A stretch of DNA of 48,680 nucleotides, from assembly GCA_000934665.2 (NCBI GenBank), contig JYFJ02002955.1, positions 1 to 48,680 of the forward strand, in the 5' to 3' direction. Source of the DNA: Catajapyx aquilonaris (Eukaryota). Each line of letters opens with the position of its first letter. Positions within the stretch are counted from its first letter, which is position 1. A program made the position numbers and the translations under genes. Below the pieces are notes generated by a model. It saw only the letters and a program-made list of their open reading frames with translations. It ran no database searches and was not told the origin of the DNA. Of this stretch, positions 1 to 12,669 are shown piece by piece.

Positions 1-125
1 TGGCAACAATAAATATAAATAAAAATTTGCCGCAAGTCGCGCCGTTTGCCGCGCGACATTTTTTTGTGAAATGGCCTTAAGTGTTGGAAATAATTTGCGC
101 GAACTGTGTTGCGCACTACAGTCCG

Positions 126-256
126 GAAAACGAAACGACGATCTGGCGTCATTGTCACACAACAATATGAGTAAACAGTGTCAACAATAATAGCATTGTT
201 TACTCCTATTGTTGCATGAGAACAAAATGATGACGTCAGATCGTCGTTTCGTTTTC
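126..256. repeat. Palindromic MITE-like element
   Basis: gaaaacgaaacgacgatctg / cagatcgtcgtttcgttttc plus an inner acaata.gagtaaaca / tgtttactc.tattgt pair. Confidence 0.7.
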
Positions 257-399
257 AACATTGTAGGTTGCGCTCATTAAAAAAAATCACATATAGGACC
301 CCATGATACAACACACTGCAATATTGCACAGTAATACAACCTTGTTATATGTTTCACAATAATATAACCTTGTTATAGGTTGCATAATAATTATGCAAC

Positions 400-531
400 C
401 AAGGGGGTAGTCACTTCGGAGAGCCGGTGTACACCCTCACTGGTGAGCCGGGGGAGAGCCGCAGAGAGCCGAGGAGATCCGCAACTCAAGAGAGCCGGTG
501 TACACTTTTTTGAGGAGTGACTACCCCCTTG
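400..531. mobile_element. 132-bp MITE with 16-bp TIRs and 8-bp TSD (hAT- or P-type)
   Basis: TIR caagggggtagtcact / agtgactacccccttg; TATGCAAC on both sides (392-399, 532-539); internal GAGAGCCG repeats. Confidence 0.85.
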
Positions 532-537
532 TATGCA

Positions 538-886
538 ACACTAGGCACCAACTTGCCAAAACTTGGCAATAAATTAGGGAAAAGTGCGAAAGTGGAGGGG
601 GAAAGAAAGAGAGAGACGCGGACCAGGCAGCGACATCCGACGGTCAAGTGCCGACGGTCAAGTAAGACGGTAGCCACACAGGAGGTGGCGCCCCGTGGCC
701 GGAACGGCGTTTATGGGAACTCCGTGGAAAGATCGCGGTGGTTTTTGTAGGCGGTCGACGTTTATTGCGTTTTATAAATTCCCTGGACACTATTTACAAA
801 AAAACAAAAGTTTATTGCAAATATAGAAAACGCGGGCAAAATATTTACATAACTCCCAATGCTGTAGGCCGTACACAGCGGGAGGA
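538..886. repeat. ~350-bp dispersed repeat, inverted copy at 6354-6690
   Basis: E.g. tttataaattccctggacactattt vs aaatagtgtccagggaatttataaa, and ctcccaatgctgtaggccgtac vs gtacggcctacagcattgggag. Confidence 0.85.
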
Positions 887-3159
887 ATCGCCATCACAAT
901 AGGGGTGCAAACTCGTTTTTCGGTCATGGTTAGTGAAAATGTGAGGAAAACCCCTTCTTTTGACCACCCCCAGGGACTATGAGGAGGCTTTGCTCCAGCA
1001 GCTAACCAACTCACTGTTATCTGTTGCTTTGCAAGAGTTGTTTGCGGGATTATGTGTCCGGCTTTTGCGGAAGGCGATGAAACACGCCCGCCGAGACTAT
1101 TGAATTAGGAGGCGGGGATTGTGCCCAGGCCAAACACTGGGAGCATGTATGTGGGTGAGGTAAAAGCACATGGGGGAAAGAGGGGGGGTGTGAGAGAGCA
1201 AGGTGGGTGGGGGGGAAAAGCTCATGAATAGTCTGCTCATTTAATTAGCTCCTTGTAAGCCCATTACAGGCGGACCCGTAGCCATTGATATTCCGCCATG
1301 GGCTTAAAACGCGCCGCATACATACGCAGCTCACTGAATTTTTTTTCGGGGGGACGTTGGAAAAGAGTGTTATCCAGCACATGGGCCGCATCCAAATCTC
1401 ATTAAATCCTATTTGCATTGGTTCTCGCCAATTCCTACCGGTCATGTTTCGACTAGAATTTCGCTTTACGTGGTTTTGCTAGCGGTTTTTTTAACATTCA
1501 TAAAAGAGGTTCTGTTTTTAGCCTGTTTGTTATTACCGTATGCTGGCGATGCGTGGGTGCGCTTGGAGTACAGCGATGCATAATTAATGCGAGGGTTTAC
1601 AGTACAGCGGAGTTTTCCCTGAAGCATTGAACGACATTGCTACAGCAACCGTTAAAATATATAGTGTCGTTAAATGCACTTCAAAGTGAAAAAAATTTGT
1701 GCCTTCATTATTTAATATTTGGCAGAAAGTTACGATCCATTACTGATTCAGCAAACATTAATTGAATTGATGGATTTCCTTGTCAACTCCTCTTTAAAAA
1801 ATCGGGTGTGAAGCTGCATAGATATTTATTCGACGGAAAAATTTTATCCGGCCCCTTTTCTTCTCTCCTTTTTTTTCGGTTGGAAAGGCGCCGACATGAG
1901 CTGATTTTCCGTAACCGAATTGGCGGAGATCACCTTGCTTTGCTGGGCGATAGATTCCCAGGCCCTGCAGCAGCTGCCGTTGTAAAATTTGCGAATCGCT
2001 TGGTTCAGCTCTGCGATCACAAGCCCGTGAAAAAGCAAACGGGGCTGGGTTTAAATAGAGACTCAAATATTCGCAAAGCTTGCACTATATACATCAGCCT
2101 GAGGAAATATACTATTCAGACTATAGTTTTTGTAGTAAGGTTAGATTTATCCGAATTTCATATGATGATTAGCGTTACATATTATACCACTAAAGCGTCG
2201 TCTCTTGCAGTCTTCTCATAAGCGCCTTTTGATCTCATCAACCCGCAGACCTCTTGGTCTTTCCACCTTTTTGAGGTCTCCCTTTCAGCTCTTGATCCAA
2301 CCCTTCCTTTTGACCTCCTGGAGATGTAAACCTTGTCTCAGTTGGAGTAGTCGCCTCCCCTGTAATTAGGAAGGCGGCTATATAGAGTCGGTTTGGGTTG
2401 GAAGTGGTCCACGATGCGTGATGATGCCAAAGGAGTGGAAACGAGTCCGTCAGAAGCATCTGTGGTCCTTTGGTCGCCTCCATTTGTCAAGTGGAGATTG
2501 TATCTGCAAAAGCACTTCCTTGTCGATCACATCCCTTTGCTGCCTCTTCTCTCGCAGTTTCTCAGATGGCCTTGGGGGTTCTGCCAACAACCTGTTCTAG
2601 ACATTTTTTAAAAGGAAGAGCAAGACCGCATGGTCATTATTTACAGACGCGGTGTTAGTTTCAAGGGACATGTTCTGAGGCAAGACCACTGTTTTATTGG
2701 TGCCAACTCTGCAATCCAGGGCATCATGATTTGGATTGTGTAACTAACAGGTAAATCTGTGGCAGTGACTATGAAGAATGTATGAGGTATACCACCATTT
2801 ATACAGGGGTGCACTTGCGCTCTGTGCATTATTTGGAGGCTGACCACTTTACGTCGCTGATTAATTTAAAACGACATCAAACAGCAGATAGCATCATGTT
2901 TATGCGCTGTTTTGTTTGTAGCATCATCCGCCCCCCTCCAAGTAGTACATACTCTGGAGAGAGGATTAATTATTTGGCTCGCATACCGATGTGCAGCAAG
3001 TTCATCATAGATTGACATGTTGAAATGAACAAGTGCTCTGTACTCTCATGTGATTACAGGACGTGGATATTTTGCGCTTGAATTTAATTATTACAAAATA
3101 TTTTTATGACCGATGCTTTTTGTGGTCATATTGCTCAATTTTTGATTTTCATGTAACAG

Positions 3160-3314
3160 ACATTTCCTCGATTGTTCGTCACATTGCCTCGATTGTTCGT
3201 CGCATTTCCTCGATTGTTCGTCCCATTTCCTCGATTGTTCGTCCCATTTCCTCGATTGTTCGTCACATTTCCTCGATTGTTCGTCACATTTCCTCGATTG
3301 TTCGTCACATTTCC
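3160..3314. repeat. Minisatellite, 21-bp unit x ~7.4
   Basis: Unit acatttcctcgattgttcgtc repeated in tandem. Confidence 0.97.
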
Positions 3315-3995
3315 CAGACTGATCGTCTGGATCTTTTTTGCTTACTGCTGAACCTCTCAGGTACACCACTGATTGGAGGCCTGTATTAATAATTATGATG
3401 AAGTGTTGATGAAGAGCCGGGATAAGTAAGAAGTGGGTGGAATGCGGAGTTGGTGAAGAGGGTTTATGTGGGGGGAAGAGGAGGCAAGGAGGTAAAGCTA
3501 GAGAAGTGCGTGATCCGAAAGGATGATTGGATGCTGGGTCCCCCAAGGCTTTAATGAGCTTCTGGTCGGCACTCATCAGCATTATCTCCCCTTAATAAGA
3601 TCACTTACTAACCCTGAAGGATTAGCTCCTGGGGATGCAAGTGCCGCTTGTCTCATTAACGATCTCCTGCCATTCATGCCTATACCCCCCCCCCCACCCC
3701 CTTTATCCAAGCCTCTCTCCTACAACCGAATAGTTGGCACCTCTGTTCGAATTCATCACCAGTCCAACCCATCCATCCATCCAGCTCATCCCGCCAGCCA
3801 ATCAGCCTCCGTTCCACTCCACAAATCTCATTTGGAATAGGGCTTAAGCACCTAGCTCTAGATGGGCTCTGATTAGGCGTCTAAACTAGGACTCGATGGC
3901 CATCTGGCCACATGTGGACGGCCTAAATCCTTGGCCCATCTGTCCCAGTATGTGCCAATATTGCCTTCAATCCTTATAAGGAAATCATTTATATG

Positions 3996-4290
3996 AATAC
4001 AAGAAATGGAAAATCACGCGAGCGTGATTCGAGTAGACTTTTTTCTTATTGGGCAGTGGGAAATGAGGCGATTCGCATAGGACAACAATGGAAATGATTG
4101 TTGTCAGTCTCATTTCCCAAGGTACGCGAGGAAACTAATTCATGCTGGCGGGATTCGCCCAATCCGAATCCGAAAACAGTTTGTCGCTATCTCTTGCGGT
4201 GTGGGCTCTGATGCCTGTCCACAGACAGACAGACGGACACAACCGTTCTGCTGTACGTTTTTTTTTGTAGAGAAAAACTCTTTCCAAGAT
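3996..4290 (-). mobile_element. DINE-1/HINE-like non-autonomous element
   Basis: (GTCY)n microsatellite at 4221-4239 and terminal stem-loop aatcacgc-ga-gcgtgatt (4012-4029). Homologous pieces at 10428, 21914-22503, 23793 and 37650. Confidence 0.5.
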
Positions 4291-6353
4291 GTCGTTTAAC
4301 ATGCTGCATCTGTCTCTATATCCAAACTTATAAGCTTGGACCATAGGAAGTTGTGCCAGCTTCCGATTGACATTCGCGTCTCGTGGCTTCTAGATTTTTT
4401 GGGGGGGAGTTCCTTCTTCCTGCCCTTGTCTGCTTGAAATCGTCGTGTAAGGCAATGAGTTATGCATGCAAGCCGGGTTGTAATGGAGGCGCCCACGGAG
4501 AGAGAATCGGAGCGTTAGAAGAGCTGCTGCTTCTGCCAGGAACAACCCCTCTTTCCTTATTCCTCCTTCCTCTTTTAGTTCGGAAGGAGAGAACTGCTTG
4601 CATGCCAACCGACACCCCCGCATCCTTCATGCTAATTGATCCCGGGGAAACAATCCTTCTCTCCAACCCAAGAGGCGAGACCATTTTTACACGCCAAGAC
4701 CATGCTCGTGGGTAGACTTCTAATCAGTTCTTTTCCTAGAAGGGTATGCACCACTGCACTACCGGACCATAATTAGGCAAACTTGTGGTGGTCGTCATTT
4801 AATTGGTGTAGGCACAGTTGCTACTATAACTGTAGCGTTGAATCGTACAGCAACTTTGCGACAAAAATCATGCAAAAAAAATCCATCCCTCCTGGCAAAA
4901 TCCTTTCTTTGAAAAGTGTTCTGAATTTCGATTTGAATCAATAGGCTTATATCTGGCAGGTTGGCCAATCCTCCTGTCTTGTGGGATATGAAAGAATGAT
5001 GACAACTTGTACGTCACTACAGGACAACCCGGGTCGATTCCAAGGAAGCCAAGTCAACCTCGGATTGAATTGTACAAAATATTGTCACTTATGATTTTTC
5101 TGGACTAAACATGGCGGGCATCCATTTCACACAACTCACCTGATCTCACCAACTGTGGCGGGTAAAGTGTGCCCCCCCCCCCTCATCACCAGCGGTGTAA
5201 TTAGCTAATTACCAGGGGGTCCGTCTTCTTTGGCGCCATTTTGCCTGAACATGACTTGCATTAGTAATGAGAAGCCCACTTCAAAGTTGGAATGTCAGTC
5301 ACTGGAGGGGGCTAGATGGAAAGTGGGCGGAGTCTACACGATGCCTAGCTGTCCAAACACACCCGACCGTGAAGGTTGGTAGGCAGTCAAACCAACATGT
5401 TTGCCTTGCCTTCATCATTCATGGTACCCCCCTCTTGAGCGCGGAGAAACTCGAGGAAGCTGCTGGCTTCACACGGATCGCCCCTGCGGTTCACACTGAC
5501 GTCGTTTGTCATTGTCGTTTGGACACACCCGGTGGGAAGCAGACCGGGCAGTGTTGCCTGATAGTTCGGAGAAGGGAAGATGCGCCATCTATGAGATGAA
5601 TATGCTACTACAGTGAACATGATCTGTTTAGGTAAGGAGTTCCATAGCATGTGGATAAAAGGCCCCTAAAGTGCCCTATCTCCCTTTATTGACAGCCTGT
5701 GTGAATCCCAGAGTGTGCATCACGTCCGCCACTTGAAAGCCCACGTCGCATATCGTGACGCAAGCAGTTTCCAGCCGCAATTGCAGCTGCTTTTGCACAC
5801 ACATCGCTCCAGAGACACGCTCCCTCAATTCCATATACCCCCCTCGCTTACTATAAAAAAATAGAGCGTGTCCTGCTCTAAATTGGCCTTTTAGTGCAAT
5901 TGGTTCCTATCCTCTGACGACTCTCATATCGCGGAGGCGTGACGTTGACGAAGACACTCCAGAGTACTGGTCCACATATTCAGCCCAAAATATAAAAAAT
6001 GGAGCCAAGTCTCAATTATGGGCGGGGTGGGCTCGAGTAATGATTTGCAAATATGGTGTCCGTACCGGGTATTGACACAGGAGGGACGCAAACATGCCGC
6101 AAAAAAAAGCTGGTTTGATGATAACCGCTCCATAAAAAGCAATCTGGTAATCGGGCTCGGGATTGGTCGCTCCCATGCATTTAGATTGAATCAGTCAGGT
6201 CGTGACGGACCAATAAAAACTCAAAAGGGAGCTCACGAGTTATTCAGATTCGTGGATCTCGTCCAACCAGCACATTTTAGGCAATGTTGGCAACAATGGT
6301 TAGTCGTAACTTAATTCATATCTATATTATTAATACCCGACTGTTTCCACAAC

Positions 6354-6690
6354 TCCTCCCGCACCGTACGGCCTACAGCATTGGGAGTGGTGTCCAAATT
6401 TAGCCCGCGGTTTCTATATTTGCAATACACTTTTGTTTTTTTGGAAATAGTGTCCAGGGAATTTATAAAACGCAAAAAAAACGCCGACCGACTAATAAAA
6501 ACCGACCGCGACCTTTCCACGGAATTCCCATTTCCGCCGTTCCGGGCGCGGGGCGCCACCTTCTGGGTAGCGACTCGCTTCTGCACCGTCTTCAGCACTA
6601 CACCGTCGGATGTCGCTGACTGGTCCGCGTCTCTTTTTCTCTCTCTACTTTCGCAATTTTGCCTAATTTTGGCAAGTTGGTGCTTAGTGT
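6354..6690. repeat. Inverted, diverged copy of 538-886
   Basis: Reverse-complement alignment to 538-886 with mismatches and indels. Confidence 0.85.
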
Positions 6691-7628
6691 AATATTAAAA
6701 TCTTTCGTTGTTTGTGCAAGGCTTACCGTCCGGGCCGTATATTTTTAGCGAGTCACTTCTCATTGGTCCCGATCTACGCCTGCGCAATGGGGGGCGGAAC
6801 CATTCAGTTACTTGCTGACTGGCGGCGAGTAAACATCGTCTCTCCCTTCTCCCTTCTTTGCTCATACCAGTCCCCTCCACCGCGACGGGCCACCTAATCG
6901 GGCGCTGGGTATCAAAAAATGTGTATTGGTCGCAAACTTTATCCTGACTGTTCAGGGCAACCCAACAGCCTGGGTTGCGCAACGGGTGGCTAACTACCAG
7001 GATAAATTTTTCAAACATTCGACTGCAGAATAATAAACCGCAACAATAGCAACAATAATTTTTTTGTTACGTTATGTCGACATTTGGTTACACTCGGTGA
7101 ATTTGCTGACTTTTAATAGCCGTGTTGATCGAGCCTCGCTGGCCAATCGTTATGCGTGGGCCCCGCAGGCCCTAATTAGCTGGTTAACCAAAGGAGCACC
7201 GGCACATGTCATGAGCTGCTTGGATAATTAACGGTACATCGAGGGAGGGGGAAACAAGCCCTTAGGAGATGCATGCCTTTTCACGCCCATTCCAAGAGCT
7301 CAATCCTGTGCCTTTTGACCAATACAGGACACGTATGGCCATGGGGAGCCAACAGGCAACGGCATGGAAAACACTATAAAATAATAATAAATTATTATTC
7401 TGGATACAAAAGGTAAAGCTTGTTTGTTTGTCTTACGTATGGGTATGAAACGAACTGGTTCCGCTGCTAGTTTAAAACTAAAGGGTCGAAATTTCGAAAT
7501 ACTTCTAGCTACTGCTAACGTAGCAGTACCACTGCCAAACACTGGTACTGCTAAGTTAGCAGTAACTAGCAGTGGGACGAAAATTTCAGCCAAAAATGAC
7601 AGGACATATCCAGTTCCTCTGTACTGTA

Positions 7629-7760
7629 CAGTGCTGTATATTAAAGGTGTCGTACTGGTGGCGCCAAGAGCCATGGCGACAAAAGTGCGAATCAAAAACT
7701 AATCAATTCGCTATTTTGCCGCCGGCGCCACCAGTACGACACCATTAATGTCCAGCATGG
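7629..7760. mobile_element. TA-flanked Tc1-like MITE; related copy at ~40383-40500
   Basis: TA|cagtgctg...ggtgtcgtactggtggcgcc / ggcgccaccagtacgacacc...cagcatgg|TA. Confidence 0.7.
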
Positions 7761-8311
7761 TACCTGTGACTATATATATCCGTTTCAGACAGGGCAGTAA
7801 GAGACACTTTTTTTTCACACTTCCAGGCAGCAGCTTGGACTTTGGGAAAGTGTTTTCCAGGCATTTGCGATTGATCCCTGGGAGAAAGAAAAAAAAACGG
7901 AAAAGGGAGATTGGGCCGATGGAAATGGAGGAAAATGTGAAATGCATTCTGGGGGAAAAGAGGGGGGGCTGCTTGGACTTCTATACTGGATGGGTGGGGG
8001 TTTTTGGGTTGGGAAAGGGGGGGTTGAATCTGAAATGGAGGAGGTTTCGGTTTCCAAATGGACCTACTAATGCTCCATCCATCATTATATTCAGTGGCGG
8101 CCTCTCACTCGCTTCTTCTTCAACCATGGCGTTTTATTGGCAACAATGAGACATTTCGAGCCCATCGGGAAAAGTCGAGTGATGGAAATGTAACCAGTTT
8201 ATAGCGGTGGTAAAAAAAAATCTGCTATATATGAATTTTTTACTAGCGCAAACGAGTGAGCACCCACTCTCGCGCAGCTCCATTGTTTTGATAACAAGGT
8301 TGCCAGAGTTA

Positions 8312-8451
8312 AGGCCCATTTACGTGATGAGGGTCCTAAGAACGGTCAGCCAATCAGAATGCTCTCTGCTGCTACTTTCTAGCAGAATGGAGCAATCTGA
8401 TTGGCTGACCGTTCCTACTTCCGTTAGGATCGTCATCATGCAAATGGGCCT
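8312..8451. mobile_element. PIF/Harbinger (Tourist-like) MITE
   Basis: TTA|aggcccattt...aaatgggcct|TTA (3-bp TSD); inner arms gaacggtcagccaatcaga / tctgattggctgaccgttc. Confidence 0.75.
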
Positions 8452-10981
8452 TTACTCGACAGCCTGGGTCCAATAAAAATAAATAATTAACACTCATAGC
8501 CCCTGAGATTCGTTCCAAAGAGTGGCAACGTCGCAAACGGCTGCCATATTGTCCCCCCCCCCCCAAGTGTAGCGTTGGAAATAACCGCAGCGTTAGTACT
8601 ACAACCAACTGTCATTGATAATGCCAACCGTGAAATCTGCTCGAACTACTGTGCGCACTTGTTATCAACAATCAAACCAAGCTGGATATAAAAACCTGTT
8701 TTTAGTCCAGGAAATCCCATACCTTTGGCCACGTGTTTTCATAACCCAGACGCTGTTATTTGCGTTACGCAATAGCCCGTTCGCAGTACCGCGTGATTTC
8801 ATTATTATAATTATGACCTGAACAAACGGCTTGTGTTATTGCTGGATGGACTAGTCCGCATAATTTGCATGTATAATATATTTCAGGGCAATGCAGCATA
8901 TGGGTAATTGGGTTATTATGCAAGAAAAATAGAAATTATACTACAACATATTGGAAGATTTCTTTGCCCTATAGTGTCATGGCGGTATTTTTTCAATTGT
9001 GGCATACTTTTTTGCATATTTTTCTATTAATTCATAGTTTTTGGCACGGCTTTTAGAGCTGTAGGGTTCAGGCTCGTTTTTTTTTTTAAAAGGGGAGCAA
9101 ACTTTGCACTGTTGCCAAATAGCCGGCCTATTAACACCTGGCTGTAGCAGTTTCCAAACTTTATGGTCAAAACCGTGGCGTTGACTGGCTGACTTTGAGG
9201 TTACGGAGGCCGGGCATAGTTTGCCATTTTGTGGTTCAAGCCTGCTGCGTACCAGACGGGGTTTGTTTCTAGGAACCCTTTTTACAAAAGGTGTACGGAT
9301 AAAACGAGGTGGTAAAAAAAAATCGTAGGCGCTGTAACGTCTTGCGCACAGAAATTACGGCGTCATAAAGATTCGCCGGAAATAAATCCAGTACTTCCTC
9401 TAGAGAGATACAAGCTGAGATTGTTTCCTCTGCATTTATTATGTACAAGGTGCTCCAGATGTTGCCTACACACTTTTGCCCAATATTTTGCGGGCCACCT
9501 TGTACAGTCATATAAGACTTAATGGCAACGTGACTTAATGAACCAGCTATGTCTCCTTCTAAACTATCTAAAGGGTGATGTCTCTGGGGACGACATGGTT
9601 AGTTGTTGACGAGGTGACATCCAGAGTGCTGCTGACGGCTTCATAACACACACTTTATCTCTGGGCGGTTTATGTTTGTCTTGCGTCGCCATATCAGAAT
9701 TAGCAATGCTCTTGGAGACTTGGACAACTTTGCTAGATGCACCTTGATGAACATGGCGATGCAAAGTGCTGGGTGCCTCTTCAGAGAGTTAGAGGATCAC
9801 TTTATGTACATACGTCATCGTCACTTACACTTCGACGCCTCGTTACCCAGCCTATAGGCTGACATTTTGGTGATGAAAGAGCTATTTGTGTACTGTACAA
9901 ATACATACCACGCACGTTTTGTGCTCGATGTAAACCTTTGTTTCACTCTCTTCAGACCCATGAATTTTGTAGAAACATTTTCCCCTTTGATGACGAGCAT
10001 CATTTTCAGCCGCCAGCACAGACAAAAGAAGAAGTTCTCTCTCGAGAATCATCACGAGCAAAGACGTGTTATTTTGCACCAGCCCAGGTTATGATCCCTG
10101 CAGTATATATACAGAGGAAAGAGAAAGAGACGCCATTGATCACATCCCCGCGAAGGTTTTATTGCTCGTCTCTTGTGGGGCCTCTTGATCTGACTCCTTT
10201 TTTCTTCTTTCTCCTTTTTCTTTTCTTGGGGAGTATGGTGCGGGTTGTTGGTCATAAATCGTTGAGCTGAGAGTACAAAAAAAGGAGGTAGAGAGGTGAG
10301 ATAAACCGCCCCAATGACCACTGTCTTCTATCGGTCTCAATTAGGCCTTTAGAGGATGAATCTTGTTGGCTGATCTAAGGGTTAGGCATAAATTATTTTG
10401 TACTAATTATTATCTGTTTGTTTTCCCAATGAGAAAAAATCTACTCGAATCACGCTAATCTTGTTCTGAACATGATTGCAGAATATACTTAAAACCGAGA
10501 GGTTTCGTTTCTCCCGAAATCCGGTTGTAATCCATGTGAACACCGCAAATATTTGGCCGACCCCAAAATCCTGTACGTTTTTTTAAATATATTTTTTGGG
10601 TGCAGTAGAATTGTTTGTGAGTGGTGATAAAATCCGGGACTTCGCATAAGCCCGTATAAACTCCGTGTGGCGGGGAATGGAGTCTGGCGTCATGCGGTGT
10701 GGGTTTTTAATGCTTTTTTTTTTTTTTTGAGCCCAAATCGATGCTTGTTCCAGGTATCTGCCTTCACCGCATACGTCACTTTATGGGTTGTTGGAAAAAA
10801 GGGTGGGTGAGGGCATGCATTGCACACACGGCCTCACCGTTGTTGCTTTTGCCCTTTGACATAACCCTACATTTCCATCTAAACCATAAGCATGAAAAAC
10901 CCATTTTATTAAAAAAATTCCCAATTCGAGGCTGGAATGTACGCAGGACCGCAAATATCAGGTACTAATCAACAATTCATG

Positions 10982-11178
10982 CCGTCAATTGGGGTGAGAT
11001 TGTGCCAGCGCATTTTTGGACAACAGTGACCCCTACCGCGAATTTTACTCGTCATTCCTACCCCTTAATGTAGTAAAACATGCCTAAATTCAATTGCCGC
11101 CAGTAGGGCGCACTCTTGCCCAAGAAATGCGCTGGCACAATCTCACCCCGCCTGGCACAATCTCACCACGTTTTACGG
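10982..11178. mobile_element. MITE with CCGT termini; second copy at 38537-38752
   Basis: ggggtgagattgtgccagcgcattt / aaatgcgctggcacaatctcacccc arms; both copies share the core gcgaattttactcgtcatt. Confidence 0.75.
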
Positions 11179-12547
11179 TATTAACTTCATTTCTCCTATT
11201 GAACAGATACTGTTAGTAGTTATCAAACGTATTAGCTACATTTCTCCCCTTTTGAACAGTTGTTGTTAGTAGCTATCGAAAGAATTCCCTTAAGTTTCCT
11301 TTTCGAACAGATACTGTTCGCAGAGAATCAAAAGTATACGGTATAAATAATAATTTTGTGGAACAAACCTCATTAGAAATCCAACTCGGGTGCGAACCTA
11401 CCACCATAAAAAAACACCCCTTGTTTTGCTCTTTAGCTGCCGTAATTCCTGCCCGTAAAACCGTTTGTGTCCCAACCCCGCAGATCATTACACCCATCAT
11501 ATCATGGACGTCCGCAAATATTTCGATTCCGACATCAGATCAGGCAGCTGCGATCTCCATCACTGTCCAAATTATCCAGCTCGCACTTGGGTTCATAACT
11601 AGATTAATTGCCGGCTAATAGCTGCGTTTATAGTCCCTGACTTGATTGCACTATAGGAGTGTCTTTAGTTAATTGTGACTATTTGAGGTCAAAAGCAGCA
11701 TCCTGTCACGATTAGTAATTTAGACACTGTTTGTTGGCATCTGGTACTTTCGATTCACAGAAACAATCGTGTGAACCAGACTTGAACAACTCATTAGTTT
11801 GACCAGTAAAGGTCATCCAAAAGGTGAAATGCAGGTGACCCCATTTCCTTTTCCCACAAATCGATTCCAATCTTTCCTTTTACCTTGGGTTAAATAACTC
11901 CCCCGCTACACATTGCTATACCGACTTGTTTACACTACTAACTTAACCTTCCACACTAATTATGTGCAACTTTTGAGTTTACCCAGTTGTTTTTTTTCCT
12001 ACTCAGTTTTCCAAGTTGTAATTGGACAGGAAAAGGTGCAATTAGGCAAATGGTTACTTAATCGGCCCAGGATAATAAGGAGGAAGAAATTTGGGCCATT
12101 CTTTTTAATGGTCAAAAAATATCGAGGTCGTAAAAATCTGTAATAAGTGTCTCCGCTGGATTACAAGGATTAAGGCCGACTGCTTGAGGATTCTCAGGAT
12201 GACTTTGGTCTGTCCAGAATGAGCTGCTGCTGCTGCTGTCAGGTGGCAAAACCTCTCTCTCCAGCTCTCTAGGAATCAATAGTAAGCGAGAGCAGCAGCT
12301 GGGACCGCTTTTCGTCTCTCAGATTGTTGCGTTTTCACCTGTGCACCGCGACGGGAATTAGGGCCAAAGTTCATCCAGGCAGGGACACACCTCTGGAGCT
12401 CAGCCTAATATTGATCATGAATAACTTATTATCACATTGCAGACACAGGAGTTGGCCTGTATTGCAAACACACACGCTACAGGGTCCGCCTTGAGAGAGT
12501 ACAGTTACTTTCTGCTTTGAATTGCGAAGTAAGTACTGTACTGTAGG

Positions 12548-12669
12548 ACACTCCTACCCAAGCCTTATGAAGATCTTGTTCTTATCAGCTGTACTCGTAG
12601 AGAGGGGGTTGCCGCTTCGGCGCTGCTGTAGTGTGGCACTACAGCAGCGCCGAAGCGGCATCCACTCTC
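12548..12669. repeat. Repeat with perfect 24-bp GC-rich hairpin; related inverted copy at ~34957-35096
   Basis: tgccgcttcggcgctgctgtagtg-tgg-cactacagcagcgccgaagcggca (12610-12660). Confidence 0.8.

Noticed and set aside
3063..3582. ORFs with repeated peptides (SSIVRHI / CDEQSRK)
   Set aside because: They are translations of the 21-bp minisatellite.
9270..10100. Coding-like composition with several short minus-strand ORFs (similar stretches at 2230-2900, 14540-15770, 22780-23340, 24700-25680)
   Set aside because: All frames are interrupted and I recognise no domain. They may be decayed transposon or viral remnants; a tblastx/HMM search would be needed.
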